Below, piece by piece: positions 1 to 5,984 of a stretch of DNA of 9,624 nt (its first letter is position 1; every line of letters begins with the position of its first letter). Both the position numbers and the translations under genes were made by a program. The notes under the pieces were generated by a model. That model was not told where the DNA came from and made no database searches. It was given only the letters and a program-made list of their open reading frames with translations. Source of the stretch: Candidatus Omnitrophota bacterium (lineage in GTDB: Bacteria > Omnitrophota > Gorgyraeia > 2-01-FULL-45-10). The DNA lies in assembly GCA_023818895.1 (NCBI GenBank), contig JAMWCX010000005.1, forward strand, positions 1-9,624, given 5' to 3'.

Positions 1-72
1 AACCGCAGTGAAACAGGAGAAGCCGGCAGAAATGACCGGCTCGCCCGATTATACGGGTGGTAACAGAATCGA

Positions 73-127
73 GAGCATCTGGCTGTTAACCAGAGTGTCC
101 GAGGTTCGAGTCCTCGCGGGGGAGCCA
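73..127 (+). tRNA. tRNA-Asn(GUU)-derived 3' segment (D-stem 3' strand, anticodon arm, variable loop, T arm, acceptor 3' strand, G discriminator, CCA). No canonical 5' acceptor strand or D arm found, so probably a truncated tRNA or att-site remnant
   Basis: Anticodon arm tctgg/ctgttaa/ccaga (78-94): 5-bp stem, 7-nt loop with U33 and anticodon GTT. Variable loop is 5 nt, gtgtc (95-99). T arm is cgagg/ttcgagt/cctcg (100-116). Acceptor 3' strand is cggggga (117-123), followed by G124 and CCA (125-127). The required 5' strand tcccccg is absent. The best candidate, tcgcccg at 41-47, has one mismatch and leaves 30 nt where about 19 are expected. Confidence 0.6.
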
Positions 128-140
128 TATTACTCAAGAC

Positions 141-184
141 GGCCTATCTTGTGTTTATCACAGGATAGGCCTCTTGTGTTTTAT
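141..184 (+). terminator. Rho-independent terminator downstream of the tRNA segment
   Basis: A 13-bp stem, ggcctatcttgtg (141-153) / cacaggataggcc (159-171), with one G-U pair. The loop is tttat and a T-rich tract tcttgtgttttat follows (172-184). Confidence 0.85.
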
Positions 185-370
185 AAGGCACCTGCGGATA
201 GTGGGGACGTTCCCCGCGGGGTCACACTATTGAGCTATAACTAATTGTAACGCAAGATGTTGTAACTGCGCCAAAAGTAATTTATTTCCGGGGAGAATGT
301 CTAAATTAACGTTCCTTGAACTTATTATCGATAAAAGAGTTAGAATCGAAAAAAATGGACAAGCGATTTA

Positions 371-399
371 TTGACATTATCCGGCAGTGGGATTAAAAT
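371..399 (+). promoter_or_regulatory. sigma70-type promoter for mscL
   Basis: -35 TTGACA (371-376), 17-nt spacer, -10 TAAAAT (394-399). The SD ggagat lies just upstream of ATG 425. Confidence 0.7.
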
Positions 400-424
400 G
401 TTTCCTTAAAGGAAGGAGATAATT

Positions 425-748
425 ATGCAGATACTGAAAGAATTCAAAGAATTCGCCGTGAAGGGTAACGCCATAGACATGGCGGTTGGTATCGTGATAG
501 GGGCCGGCTTCGGTAAAATTGTCAGCTCCCTGGTAAGCGATATCATAATGCCGCCGGTAGGGCTTCTGCTCGGCGGAGTTGATTTCAAAAGCCTGAAGCT
601 CACCCTCAAGGCGGCGACGGCTGACGCGCCGGCGGTGACATTGAATTACGGGCAATTTATTAACACGGTTATAGATTTTCTTATTATTGCTTTCGCTATT
701 TTTCTGGTAGTTAAAGGCATAAATACATTAAAAAGAAAAGCGGCGTGA
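425..748 (+). CDS. mscL: Large-conductance mechanosensitive channel MscL
   Basis: The 107-aa translation [55 protein letters not shown]... is nearly collinear with E. coli MscL ([55 protein letters not shown]...). An SD is present upstream. Confidence 0.96.
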   Translation: MQILKEFKEFAVKGNAIDMAVGIVIGAGFGKIVSSLVSDIIMPPVGLLLGGVDFKSLKLTLKAATADAPAVTLNYGQFINTVIDFLIIAFAIFLVVKGINTLKRKAA

Positions 749-823
749 TTAGATTGGATAAAAAGCCGGAGAACAGGTTGCTTAATTAAGGGCGTTCAAC
801 GGATATTTCAATATAGTTTTGTG

Positions 824-858
824 AAAAAGCCCCTGGAAATAAATCCAAGGGCTTTTTT
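824..858. terminator. Bidirectional intrinsic terminator between mscL (+) and the FecR-domain gene (-)
   Basis: Stem gcccctgg (829-836) / ccaagggc (845-852) with one mismatch and loop aaataaat. It is flanked by aaaaa (824-828) and tttttt (853-858), so it reads as hairpin plus U-tract on both strands. Confidence 0.75.
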
Positions 859-939
859 AATAGATTAAAATCGGTACTTACACTTCAACTTTTAAGATGA
901 TGCCGGCTCAGAATAAATATCCTACTAAGCGAGGAAGGT

Positions 940-1407
940 TTATTCTTCAACAGCTTCTACCTTCACGTTGAAAGTGGTGCCTCTGACTCCGACTATGGAA
1001 GTCGGTGTCTTCACCTCGAATTTTGATTTCTCACCATGTACCTTTTGGGCCTTAATGAGAACTTCTCCCATTGCCAGGTCCAGTAATGTCTTGCTGCTCT
1101 CCGATTTGGGATCTATCAAAAGTTCGGCCAGTAGCATCTGAGAATTTTCCTTTATCTCGACTGTCGCCGTTTGTCCCTTACCGTCGACATTCAGAAGTAC
1201 CCATGAGGCCGAAGCCGTCTTGATAGTGTCTCCCTCGTTGAGGACCATGCCCACACTTGCCGGTTTCCAGCTTGATTGTCCTGCTGGTTTTATTTCAGCG
1301 GACCCGTCAATGCTTACGATCTGGGCTGTGCGTTTCTCCATCGCGAAAGCGCATACCGCCATGGTAAGAATCAAAACCATTATACACGCTATCCTCAAAA
1401 TCTTCAT
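940..1407 (-). CDS. Secreted FecR-domain protein (155 aa from the SD-supported start)
   Basis: Signal peptide MKILRIACIMVLILTMAVCAFA. FecR-domain pattern GDTIKT...WVLLNVDG...TATVEIKENSQMLL...LDLAMGEVLIKA...FEVKTPTSIVGVRGTTFNVKV. GGAGG lies 6 nt upstream of ATG 1407. The predicted TSS from the 1428-1456 promoter falls downstream of the longer ORF start at 1428. Confidence 0.85.
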   Translation of the reverse strand: MKILRIACIMVLILTMAVCAFAMEKRTAQIVSIDGSAEIKPAGQSSWKPASVGMVLNEGDTIKTASASWVLLNVDGKGQTATVEIKENSQMLLAELLIDPKSESSKTLLDLAMGEVLIKAQKVHGEKSKFEVKTPTSIVGVRGTTFNVKVEAVEE

Positions 1408-1427
1408 CTTTTTCACCTCCCTAAACA

Positions 1428-1456
1428 AATATACCCTAAAATATGTGAAAAGTCAA
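1428..1456 (-). promoter_or_regulatory. sigma70-type promoter for the FecR-domain gene
   Basis: On the minus strand: TTGACT (1456-1451), 17-nt spacer, TATATT (1433-1428). Confidence 0.6.
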
Positions 1457-1489
1457 ATTGTTAGCGGAACAAAAAAATGGCTATAGCTA

Positions 1490-1518
1490 TTGACAAAACG
1501 GCCTGTTGCAGGTAAACT
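1490..1518 (+). promoter_or_regulatory. sigma70-type promoter for the tpsB operon
   Basis: -35 TTGACA (1490-1495), 17-nt spacer, -10 TAAACT (1513-1518). It is divergent from the FecR-gene promoter. Confidence 0.6.
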
Positions 1519-1604
1519 TAATGACGTTATATTATTAAAATAAACTAGAAGTATATAAATAGTGAATTAGGAGATCTATTCTGAATAATAAGTCACGAGT
1601 AATA

Positions 1605-3710
1605 TTGCCGTTACTGATAGCCATCATATCCTTCCTTTCCCTACAGCTTTTGACCGCTTGCATTTGGGCACAGCCACCTGCTCCACCCGCGGGAGCGGTG
1701 CAGTCTGCCTTACGGGAGACCACTAGAGATGTTCGCGGCAAAGTTGAAGAAAAGCTCGAAGAACGGCCTACCAAGCCGCCGCAACTAAAGGAAGAAATAG
1801 CTGAAGAGGTTGTGGAAGGGCCTAAATTTCTGGCCAAAAAGATAGAGCTTGTGGGGGTCAAGAGCTTTCCCGTAGAGGAGTTTTCGAAACTTGTCCAGAA
1901 GTATGAGAATAGGGAAGTTTCGATAGCTGAACTTAAGATACTGGCTAAAGAAATAGAAAGAGATTATCTAAGGAAGGGTGTGATAGCCGCCTGTTTTATA
2001 CCGCCGCAGGATGTCAAAGAGGGAGTTGTTTCGATGCGGGTGGTGGAAGCCAAGATGGGAGAACTGCAGATAAAACAGGGTAAATACTTTTCAAAGAAAA
2101 GGACAGAATATTACTGGAGAATTCCTGAGAATGAGGTGTTAAGATACGATCGTATATCCCGAAGCCTGCAATTCATGAATAAAAATCCTGACAGGAATGT
2201 CAAGGCTGCTCTTCACGCCGGCAAGAAACCGGAGACTACCGATGTTCTGCTTGATGTAGCTACGAATTTCCCGTTGCATGTAACGGCTACACTTGACAAC
2301 GAAGGTGCCCCCTCCACGGGCAAGATAAGAAGTGGAGTCGGATTCGTCGAGAATAATTTTGTCGGCCTTGATGATACCCTTCTGGGTGGTTATACCGGCG
2401 GCAAGAATTTCGGCGGCATATATGTATACCACCGCGTTCCAATAACCAATTTCGGAACGACCATCCTATACGGCTACAGCCAAACCCGCTCATTCCCCAA
2501 GAAAGATTATGCCCCCTTTGAGATAAGCTCAAGACAGGAAAACTATAGCGTGTTCCTTTATCAAGACCTATTCTATAAGGACGAATACAAAGGCGAAGTC
2601 TCCGCTGGTGTGGATATGAGCAACAAACGGGTGGTATCTGGTGCTGGAGGCGACCTTAATGTCGATAGGCTCAGGGTGCTGAGCGGCTCATTTACCCTGA
2701 TAGGCAAAGGAATGGGGAATTCGACGAGCATAAAGCCCTCAATATATCAGGGCTTGAACTGGTTGGGCGCTCGAAGGCAGAGTCGATTTTCTTCTCGCCA
2801 GGCGCAGAATACCTTTACCAAGGCGACTTTAAATATGAACTTCAGACAAGCGTTGGTGAAGAACTTCCAGGCCAGCGTAAAATTCAACGGACAATGGGCC
2901 TCGGAAAAACTTATGCCGCAACAGGAGATGTATCTTGGAGGCATAGATTCGATCAGGGGTTATCCTTCCGGCGACTACCTTGCGGATAGCGGTTTTTATT
3001 CAAACTGGGAACTTTTAGTCCCGGCCTTCTTCCTACCAGAATGGGTAAGGATACCATACGGTGAGAGGCCGCTTAAGGATGAGATAACAGGCGTCGTATT
3101 CTTCGATTGGGGCTACGGAATGAAAAGAGGGAATATCCAAGGTGAGCAGACATCTCGCAGGATGGCATCGGTTGGCATTGGCGGCAGGGTCAGGCTTCTG
3201 AATCAGGCCATGCTGAGAGTTGAATGGGGTGCGCCGCTCGATCCTCTCGTGAATGGTCCCCTTACGGAATGGAGCCGTTCGCGCGTTCATGTCTCGCTTG
3301 ATTTTCAGGATGATCTGCCGGAGGAGGTTGAGCGTTTCCAAAAAGTCCAAAAGGAAGAGTACATGAAGGATGCCGCCTGGAAAATAGTGAATGATGAGAT
3401 GAAAAATCCTAATAGCCCTTTGCGCGCCGCTATATATAAGTATTTTGCGAAAGCAAAGCATGCCCAGGCCAAGGGGGATTTAGAGTCTGCGCGTGAAAAT
3501 TACGGTAAAGTTATTTCTATAGGGGAGAATGTTTATCGTCAGGCCGAGGCGTATGTTAGAGAAAGCTACAAACAGATAGATGCCCTGCATAAACTTGAAG
3601 AAGAAGCGCAAGAATATCTAAAGAAAGGTGATGTGGCGAAAGCCAAAGAAGCTTGGCATAAGATCATTGAAGAAGGGAAACCAAAGCCGCTCGTTCTGGA
3701 ATTTATATAA
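1605..3710 (+). CDS. ShlB/FhaC/HecB-family TpsB outer-membrane transporter (POTRA domains plus Omp85-type barrel) with a 134-aa C-terminal helical extension
   Basis: Signal peptide ...LLIAIISFLSLQLLTACIWAQ. POTRA-like region IELVGVKSFPVEEFSKLV...DYLRKGVIAACFIPPQDVKEGVVSMRVVEAKMG. Barrel region LDNEGAPSTGKIRSGVGFVENNFVGLDDTL.... Conserved Omp85 loop-6 motif GGIDSIRGYPSG. The barrel ends with an aromatic residue, RVHVSLDF, followed by an extra tail (nt 3306-3707). The true start may be the non-canonical CTG 1581 or ATT 1578 (see findings). Confidence 0.9.
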   Translation: MPLLIAIISFLSLQLLTACIWAQPPAPPAGAVQSALRETTRDVRGKVEEKLEERPTKPPQLKEEIAEEVVEGPKFLAKKIELVGVKSFPVEEFSKLVQKYENREVSIAELKILAKEIERDYLRKGVIAACFIPPQDVKEGVVSMRVVEAKMGELQIKQGKYFSKKRTEYYWRIPENEVLRYDRISRSLQFMNKNPDRNVKAALHAGKKPETTDVLLDVATNFPLHVTATLDNEGAPSTGKIRSGVGFVENNFVGLDDTLLGGYTGGKNFGGIYVYHRVPITNFGTTILYGYSQTRSFPKKDYAPFEISSRQENYSVFLYQDLFYKDEYKGEVSAGVDMSNKRVVSGAGGDLNVDRLRVLSGSFTLIGKGMGNSTSIKPSIYQGLNWLGARRQSRFSSRQAQNTFTKATLNMNFRQALVKNFQASVKFNGQWASEKLMPQQEMYLGGIDSIRGYPSGDYLADSGFYSNWELLVPAFFLPEWVRIPYGERPLKDEITGVVFFDWGYGMKRGNIQGEQTSRRMASVGIGGRVRLLNQAMLRVEWGAPLDPLVNGPLTEWSRSRVHVSLDFQDDLPEEVERFQKVQKEEYMKDAAWKIVNDEMKNPNSPLRAAIYKYFAKAKHAQAKGDLESARENYGKVISIGENVYRQAEAYVRESYKQIDALHKLEEEAQEYLKKGDVAKAKEAWHKIIEEGKPKPLVLEFI

Positions 3711-3743
3711 TTGTATATGAATTTTTAGGGAAGGAATGGTGAA

Positions 3744-4952
3744 ATGACCAAAATAAAGATATTAGTCATAACCACGGTGATGTGCGCTTTTGCGCTTGGC
3801 AGTGTTTGGGCTCAAGGAACATCGGAGGGTTCGCGACAGGAATCTGCGAATCAGGTAAGACTGGAAGTGAGCGATAAGATTCTTGATAAAGATTTGCCGT
3901 CATATAAGACGAATCTCAAAGAGATAGTTCGCGAAGCCGAATATAATCTAAAACGGATAGACGGCACCCTTAGAGAGAGGGATAACGAAAAAATCGCTAA
4001 AGAAAAGTTTGAAAGGGCCAACGAACTTGTTAAAGAAGGTAAGTTTGAAGAAGCCAAAAATGAATATGAGGCAGCTAAAAAACTTACAACTAACATGGAC
4101 TTCAAGAGAACGATTAAAGAAAGCGAGCAAAAAATAGCCTCTAAAGCGAATGAACAGGAGCGCGACCGGCTGGCTAAAGAAAGGATGCAGGCAGGCGCCG
4201 GGGCCAAAGAAATAATTACAAAAAAAACCTCCGAAGAGGGGAAGGTTGTTGCGCAACCAATTGTAGAGAAAGAAGTTAGGACTAAGCCTGCTGCAAAGAA
4301 GCAACCCGCCGCGCCAGTAGTCACTGAAAAGCGGTACGGTACCGAGGTAGGTATGAAGAGTCGGGTTGACAAGGGCGTTATTAGTGCCACTCCGAGCGCG
4401 AAGAAGGCGACGTCTGTTAAACAGGTAACGTCGGTGAAGGTGGTCGATCAGGCTGAAGCTAAAGCGAAGGCGGAAGTAGAGGCTAAAGCGCGCGAAGAGG
4501 CCGCCGTTAAGGCCAGGTTGGAGGCCGAAGCAAAAGCCAGGGAAGAAGCTGCCGCAAAGGCGAGGATGGAGGCCGAAACAAGAGCGCGCGAAGAAGCCGC
4601 TGCAAGGGCGAAGGCCGAGGCTGAAGCGAAGGCAAGGGCAGAAGCAGAGGCTAAAGCTAAGGCTGAAGCGGAAGCGAAGGCAAGAGAGGCCGCCGCGGCC
4701 GCCAAGGCAGCGGCAGAAGCGCCGAAACCGGCGCCAGCCGTTGTCTCTACACCGGCACCCGCAGCGGCTCCGAGTAAGACTGTGGCGGAAACCGAAGATA
4801 TATCCGGCCTTTACAGGGAGGCGGTTTCCTTATACTGGGATAATAAATATGAAGAAGCGAAGGCCAAGTTTGAGCAGGTTCAGAAGATAGCTTCTGATTA
4901 CGCGCGAACTTCTTATTATCTCGGCCGGATTAAGGAGAAGTTGGGGAAGTAG
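3744..4952 (+). CDS. Secreted coiled-coil protein with an Ala/Glu/Lys-rich repeat core and TPR-like helical ends (hypothetical; TPS-locus accessory)
   Basis: SD AAGGA lies 8 nt upstream of ATG 3744, and the gap after tpsB is only 33 nt with no terminator. Signal peptide MTKIKILVITTVMCAFALGSVWA/QG. Long charged helical sequence with an EAKAREEAAxKAR repeat core. The C-terminal YREAVSLYWDNKYEEAKAKFEQVQKI...YYLGRI is TPR-like. Confidence 0.8.
   Translation: MTKIKILVITTVMCAFALGSVWAQGTSEGSRQESANQVRLEVSDKILDKDLPSYKTNLKEIVREAEYNLKRIDGTLRERDNEKIAKEKFERANELVKEGKFEEAKNEYEAAKKLTTNMDFKRTIKESEQKIASKANEQERDRLAKERMQAGAGAKEIITKKTSEEGKVVAQPIVEKEVRTKPAAKKQPAAPVVTEKRYGTEVGMKSRVDKGVISATPSAKKATSVKQVTSVKVVDQAEAKAKAEVEAKAREEAAVKARLEAEAKAREEAAAKARMEAETRAREEAAARAKAEAEAKARAEAEAKAKAEAEAKAREAAAAAKAAAEAPKPAPAVVSTPAPAAAPSKTVAETEDISGLYREAVSLYWDNKYEEAKAKFEQVQKIASDYARTSYYLGRIKEKLGK
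4452..4721 (+). repeat. Intragenic low-complexity tandem repeat encoding (E-A-K/R-A)n helices, with an imperfect period of about 48 nt
   Basis: Translation AEAKAKAEVEAKAREEAAVKARLEAEAKAREEAAAKARMEAETRAREEAAARAKAEAEAKARAEAEAKAKAEAEAKAREAAAAAKAAAEA. This region produces the antisense shadow ORF 4448..4705. Confidence 0.85.
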
Positions 4953-5397
4953 GTTTTTCTTCCTTTGGCAGGTTTTCCGATATTCTTTTTAAAATGTTGA
5001 TGTTCTCAGGATTTTCAGCGATGAGCCGTATATAACGGTCCATCGCTTTATTTTGTAAATAAAGACCCTTTTCCCACCTGAGATAACTCTTTTTACCAAC
5101 GCCCAAAAGGTCTGCCATCTCTTCTTGTGTGTAACCCAACTTTTGACGTATTTCCTTTAGTTGTTCCATAGTTAGAAGGCCGCGTTTTTTGTGTTTTTCA
5201 GCTTGAACGCGGTTTAAGGCTTCTTTTGGCAGGAACTCCTCTTTACATTTATTGCATCTTTTGATATTTAGATTTTTAACAACGAGTTTAATATTACGAG
5301 TTCCTTCCCGGAAATATGTCTCATGATCTGATATCTCGTCTTCCAGATATCCATCATTGCACAGCGGGCATTTTACTTTTTCTTTATTTTCAGGCAT
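4930..5397 (-). CDS. MqsA-family zinc-ribbon plus XRE-type HTH protein (antitoxin-like transcriptional regulator), with no adjacent toxin gene
   Basis: From ATG 5397: MPENKEKVKCPLCNDGYLEDEISDHETYFREGTRNIKLVVKNLNIKRCNKCKEEF, which has CxxC...CxxC. The HTH is LTMEQLKEIRQKLGYTQEEMADLLGVGKKSYLRWEKGLYLQNKAMDRYIRLIAENPENINIL. The layout is collinear with E. coli MqsA. The upstream TTG 5448 would add an implausible 17 aa. The 3' end overlaps the convergent gene by 23 nt. Confidence 0.85.
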   Translation of the reverse strand: MPENKEKVKCPLCNDGYLEDEISDHETYFREGTRNIKLVVKNLNIKRCNKCKEEFLPKEALNRVQAEKHKKRGLLTMEQLKEIRQKLGYTQEEMADLLGVGKKSYLRWEKGLYLQNKAMDRYIRLIAENPENINILKRISENLPKEEKPTSPTSP

Positions 5398-5409
5398 ATT
5401 ATCTTTTTT

Positions 5410-5425
5410 GGTATCAATTGATACC
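5410..5425. promoter_or_regulatory. Perfect 16-bp palindrome, a candidate operator in the MqsA-like gene's leader
   Basis: GGTATCAATTGATACC equals its own reverse complement. It lies between the predicted -10 (5435-5430) and ATG 5397 on the minus strand. Confidence 0.6.
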
Positions 5426-5429
5426 GACA

Positions 5430-5458
5430 AATATATCACTAAAATCAAGTTTTGGCAA
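5430..5458 (-). promoter_or_regulatory. sigma70-type promoter for the MqsA-like gene
   Basis: On the minus strand: TTGCCA (5458-5453), 17-nt spacer, TATATT (5435-5430). Confidence 0.55.
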
Positions 5459-5513
5459 GACCAACGATCTGAAATGTTAGGAATAGTTGGGAACTAGAGA
5501 CGGGTAGGAACTG

Positions 5514-5574
5514 TGGAGACGGCTTCCAATTTATGCTAGTAGCGACTTCTAGATAGAATTGGAAACCGTCTCTG
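5514..5574. repeat. Inverted-repeat pair of the GGAGRCGGTTTCCAA motif family (long hairpin or palindromic element)
   Basis: Arms tggagacggcttccaatt (5514-5531) and aattggaaaccgtctctg (5557-5574). Of 18 positions there is 1 mismatch and 2 G-U pairs. The spacer is 25 nt. A half-copy, agagacggg, lies at 5496-5504. Confidence 0.85.
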
Positions 5575-5678
5575 GCTATGGCTTATAAGAAGATCATCAT
5601 ATTCGGGATTTTCACCAGTGCAAATTCGAGAATTTTAATGATATATCGGTTAAATATAAAAAAGGAAGATATAATATA

Positions 5679-5706
5679 TTGACAATTAAAATAGTTAAGA
5701 TATACT
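5679..5706 (+). promoter_or_regulatory. Strong sigma70-type promoter driving the long tpsA1 leader
   Basis: -35 TTGACA (5679-5684), 16-nt spacer, -10 TATACT (5701-5706). An A/T-rich UP-like stretch lies upstream. The predicted TSS is near 5713, about 320 nt before the tpsA1 start. Confidence 0.7.
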
Positions 5707-5759
5707 TAAATTGTAAAAAGGAGTTCTTTACAATAAGGAGTTCGCTTATTCTCTTAAGC

Positions 5760-5910
5760 GATAATGGCAAACTTAGCGAAAGCTAAGGACGCCCTGCACC
5801 CATACGTGGTACAGGGCCGGGAATCAGACGAAATTCTGATTCACGGCAAAGCTCTAGAGCCTAACCTCCGATGAGAGTCGGAGCATGGCAGTCAGTTGCC
5901 GAAATAAGAG
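5760..5910 (+). promoter_or_regulatory. Candidate riboswitch aptamer, c-di-GMP-I (GEMM-I)-like with a two-hairpin insertion
   Basis: GGCAAAC (5766-5772), then hairpin cttagc-GAAA-gctaag (5772-5787), then GACGC (5788-5792). Two extra hairpins follow (5792-5816 and 5821-5842). Then ACG-GCAAAGC (5843-5852), receptor-like CCTAAC (5860-5865) and CATGG (5884-5888) flanking hairpin ctccga/tcggag (5866-5883), and finally CAG-TCAG-TTGCCGAAA (5889-5904). Compared from memory with the V. cholerae Vc2 aptamer (GGCAAACC-auuc-GAAA-gagu-GGGACGCAAAGCC...CCUAAACC...GGUAGGUAGCGGGGUUACCGA). Confidence 0.5.
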
Positions 5911-5925
5911 ATTTTTTGTTTCTGG

Positions 5926-5976
5926 CGGGACAGTTTCCTTCTTGATAAAAAATACAACTCATAGGAAACTATCCCG
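5926..5976 (+). repeat. Long leader hairpin whose arms are diverged copies of the GGAGRCGGTTTCCAA family
   Basis: cgggacagtttcct (5926-5939) pairs with aggaaactatcccg (5963-5976). 13 of 14 positions pair. The loop is 23 nt and A-rich. Confidence 0.7.
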
Positions 5977-5984
5977 GTCGCGAT

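Noticed and set aside
73-127. tmRNA (ssrA) 3' end as an alternative to a tRNA fragment
   Set aside because: The acceptor strand cggggga implies C3-G70 rather than the G3-U70 alanine identity pair. The discriminator is G, not A. A perfect anticodon arm with GUU and a 5-nt variable loop is present, which tmRNA lacks.
203-221. ggggacgttccccgcgggg, overlapping alternative hairpins (gggga/tcccc and the palindrome ccccgcgggg) downstream of the tRNA terminator
   Set aside because: It is short and isolated, with no U-tract, no adjacent gene start and no second copy. It is noted only as a curiosity. tccccgc gives only 5 of 7 pairs with the tRNA acceptor strand, so a permuted tRNA is not supported.
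8-244. 78-aa ORF on the + strand at the window start
   Set aside because: It runs straight through the tRNA-Asn-like segment and its terminator hairpin. It has no SD, and its sequence does not resemble a real protein.
4930-4952. 23-nt convergent overlap of the coiled-coil gene and the MqsA-like gene as a regulatory (antisense) feature
   Set aside because: Short 3'-3' overlaps are common. The overlapped codons encode unstructured tails in both proteins (…KEKLGK and …PTSPTSP). No specific signal was seen, although it does mean neither gene has its own terminator.
5418-5445. Plus-strand sigma70-like promoter (TTGATA, 16 nt, TAAAAT) that could drive a GGA-rich sRNA across 5452-5580
   Set aside because: It overlaps face-to-face with the better-motivated minus-strand promoter of the MqsA-like gene, and its -35 is just one half of the palindrome. 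No terminator follows the 5514-5574 hairpin. A/T-rich DNA readily yields such matches.
5578-5682. 34-codon ORF (MAYKKIIIFGIFTSANSRILMIYRLNIKKEDIIY) upstream of the tpsA1 promoter
   Set aside because: It has no SD. It lies in A/T-rich promoter/UP-element DNA and ends inside the -35 hexamer.
5764-5874. 36-codon ORF (MANLAKAKDALHPYVVQGRESDEILIHGKALEPNLR) inside the tpsA1 leader
   Set aside because: The nearest SD-like sequence (taaggag, 5734-5740) is 23 nt from the ATG. The ORF coincides with five well-paired hairpins, including a GAAA tetraloop, so an RNA-level function explains the sequence better. It cannot be fully excluded as a leader peptide.
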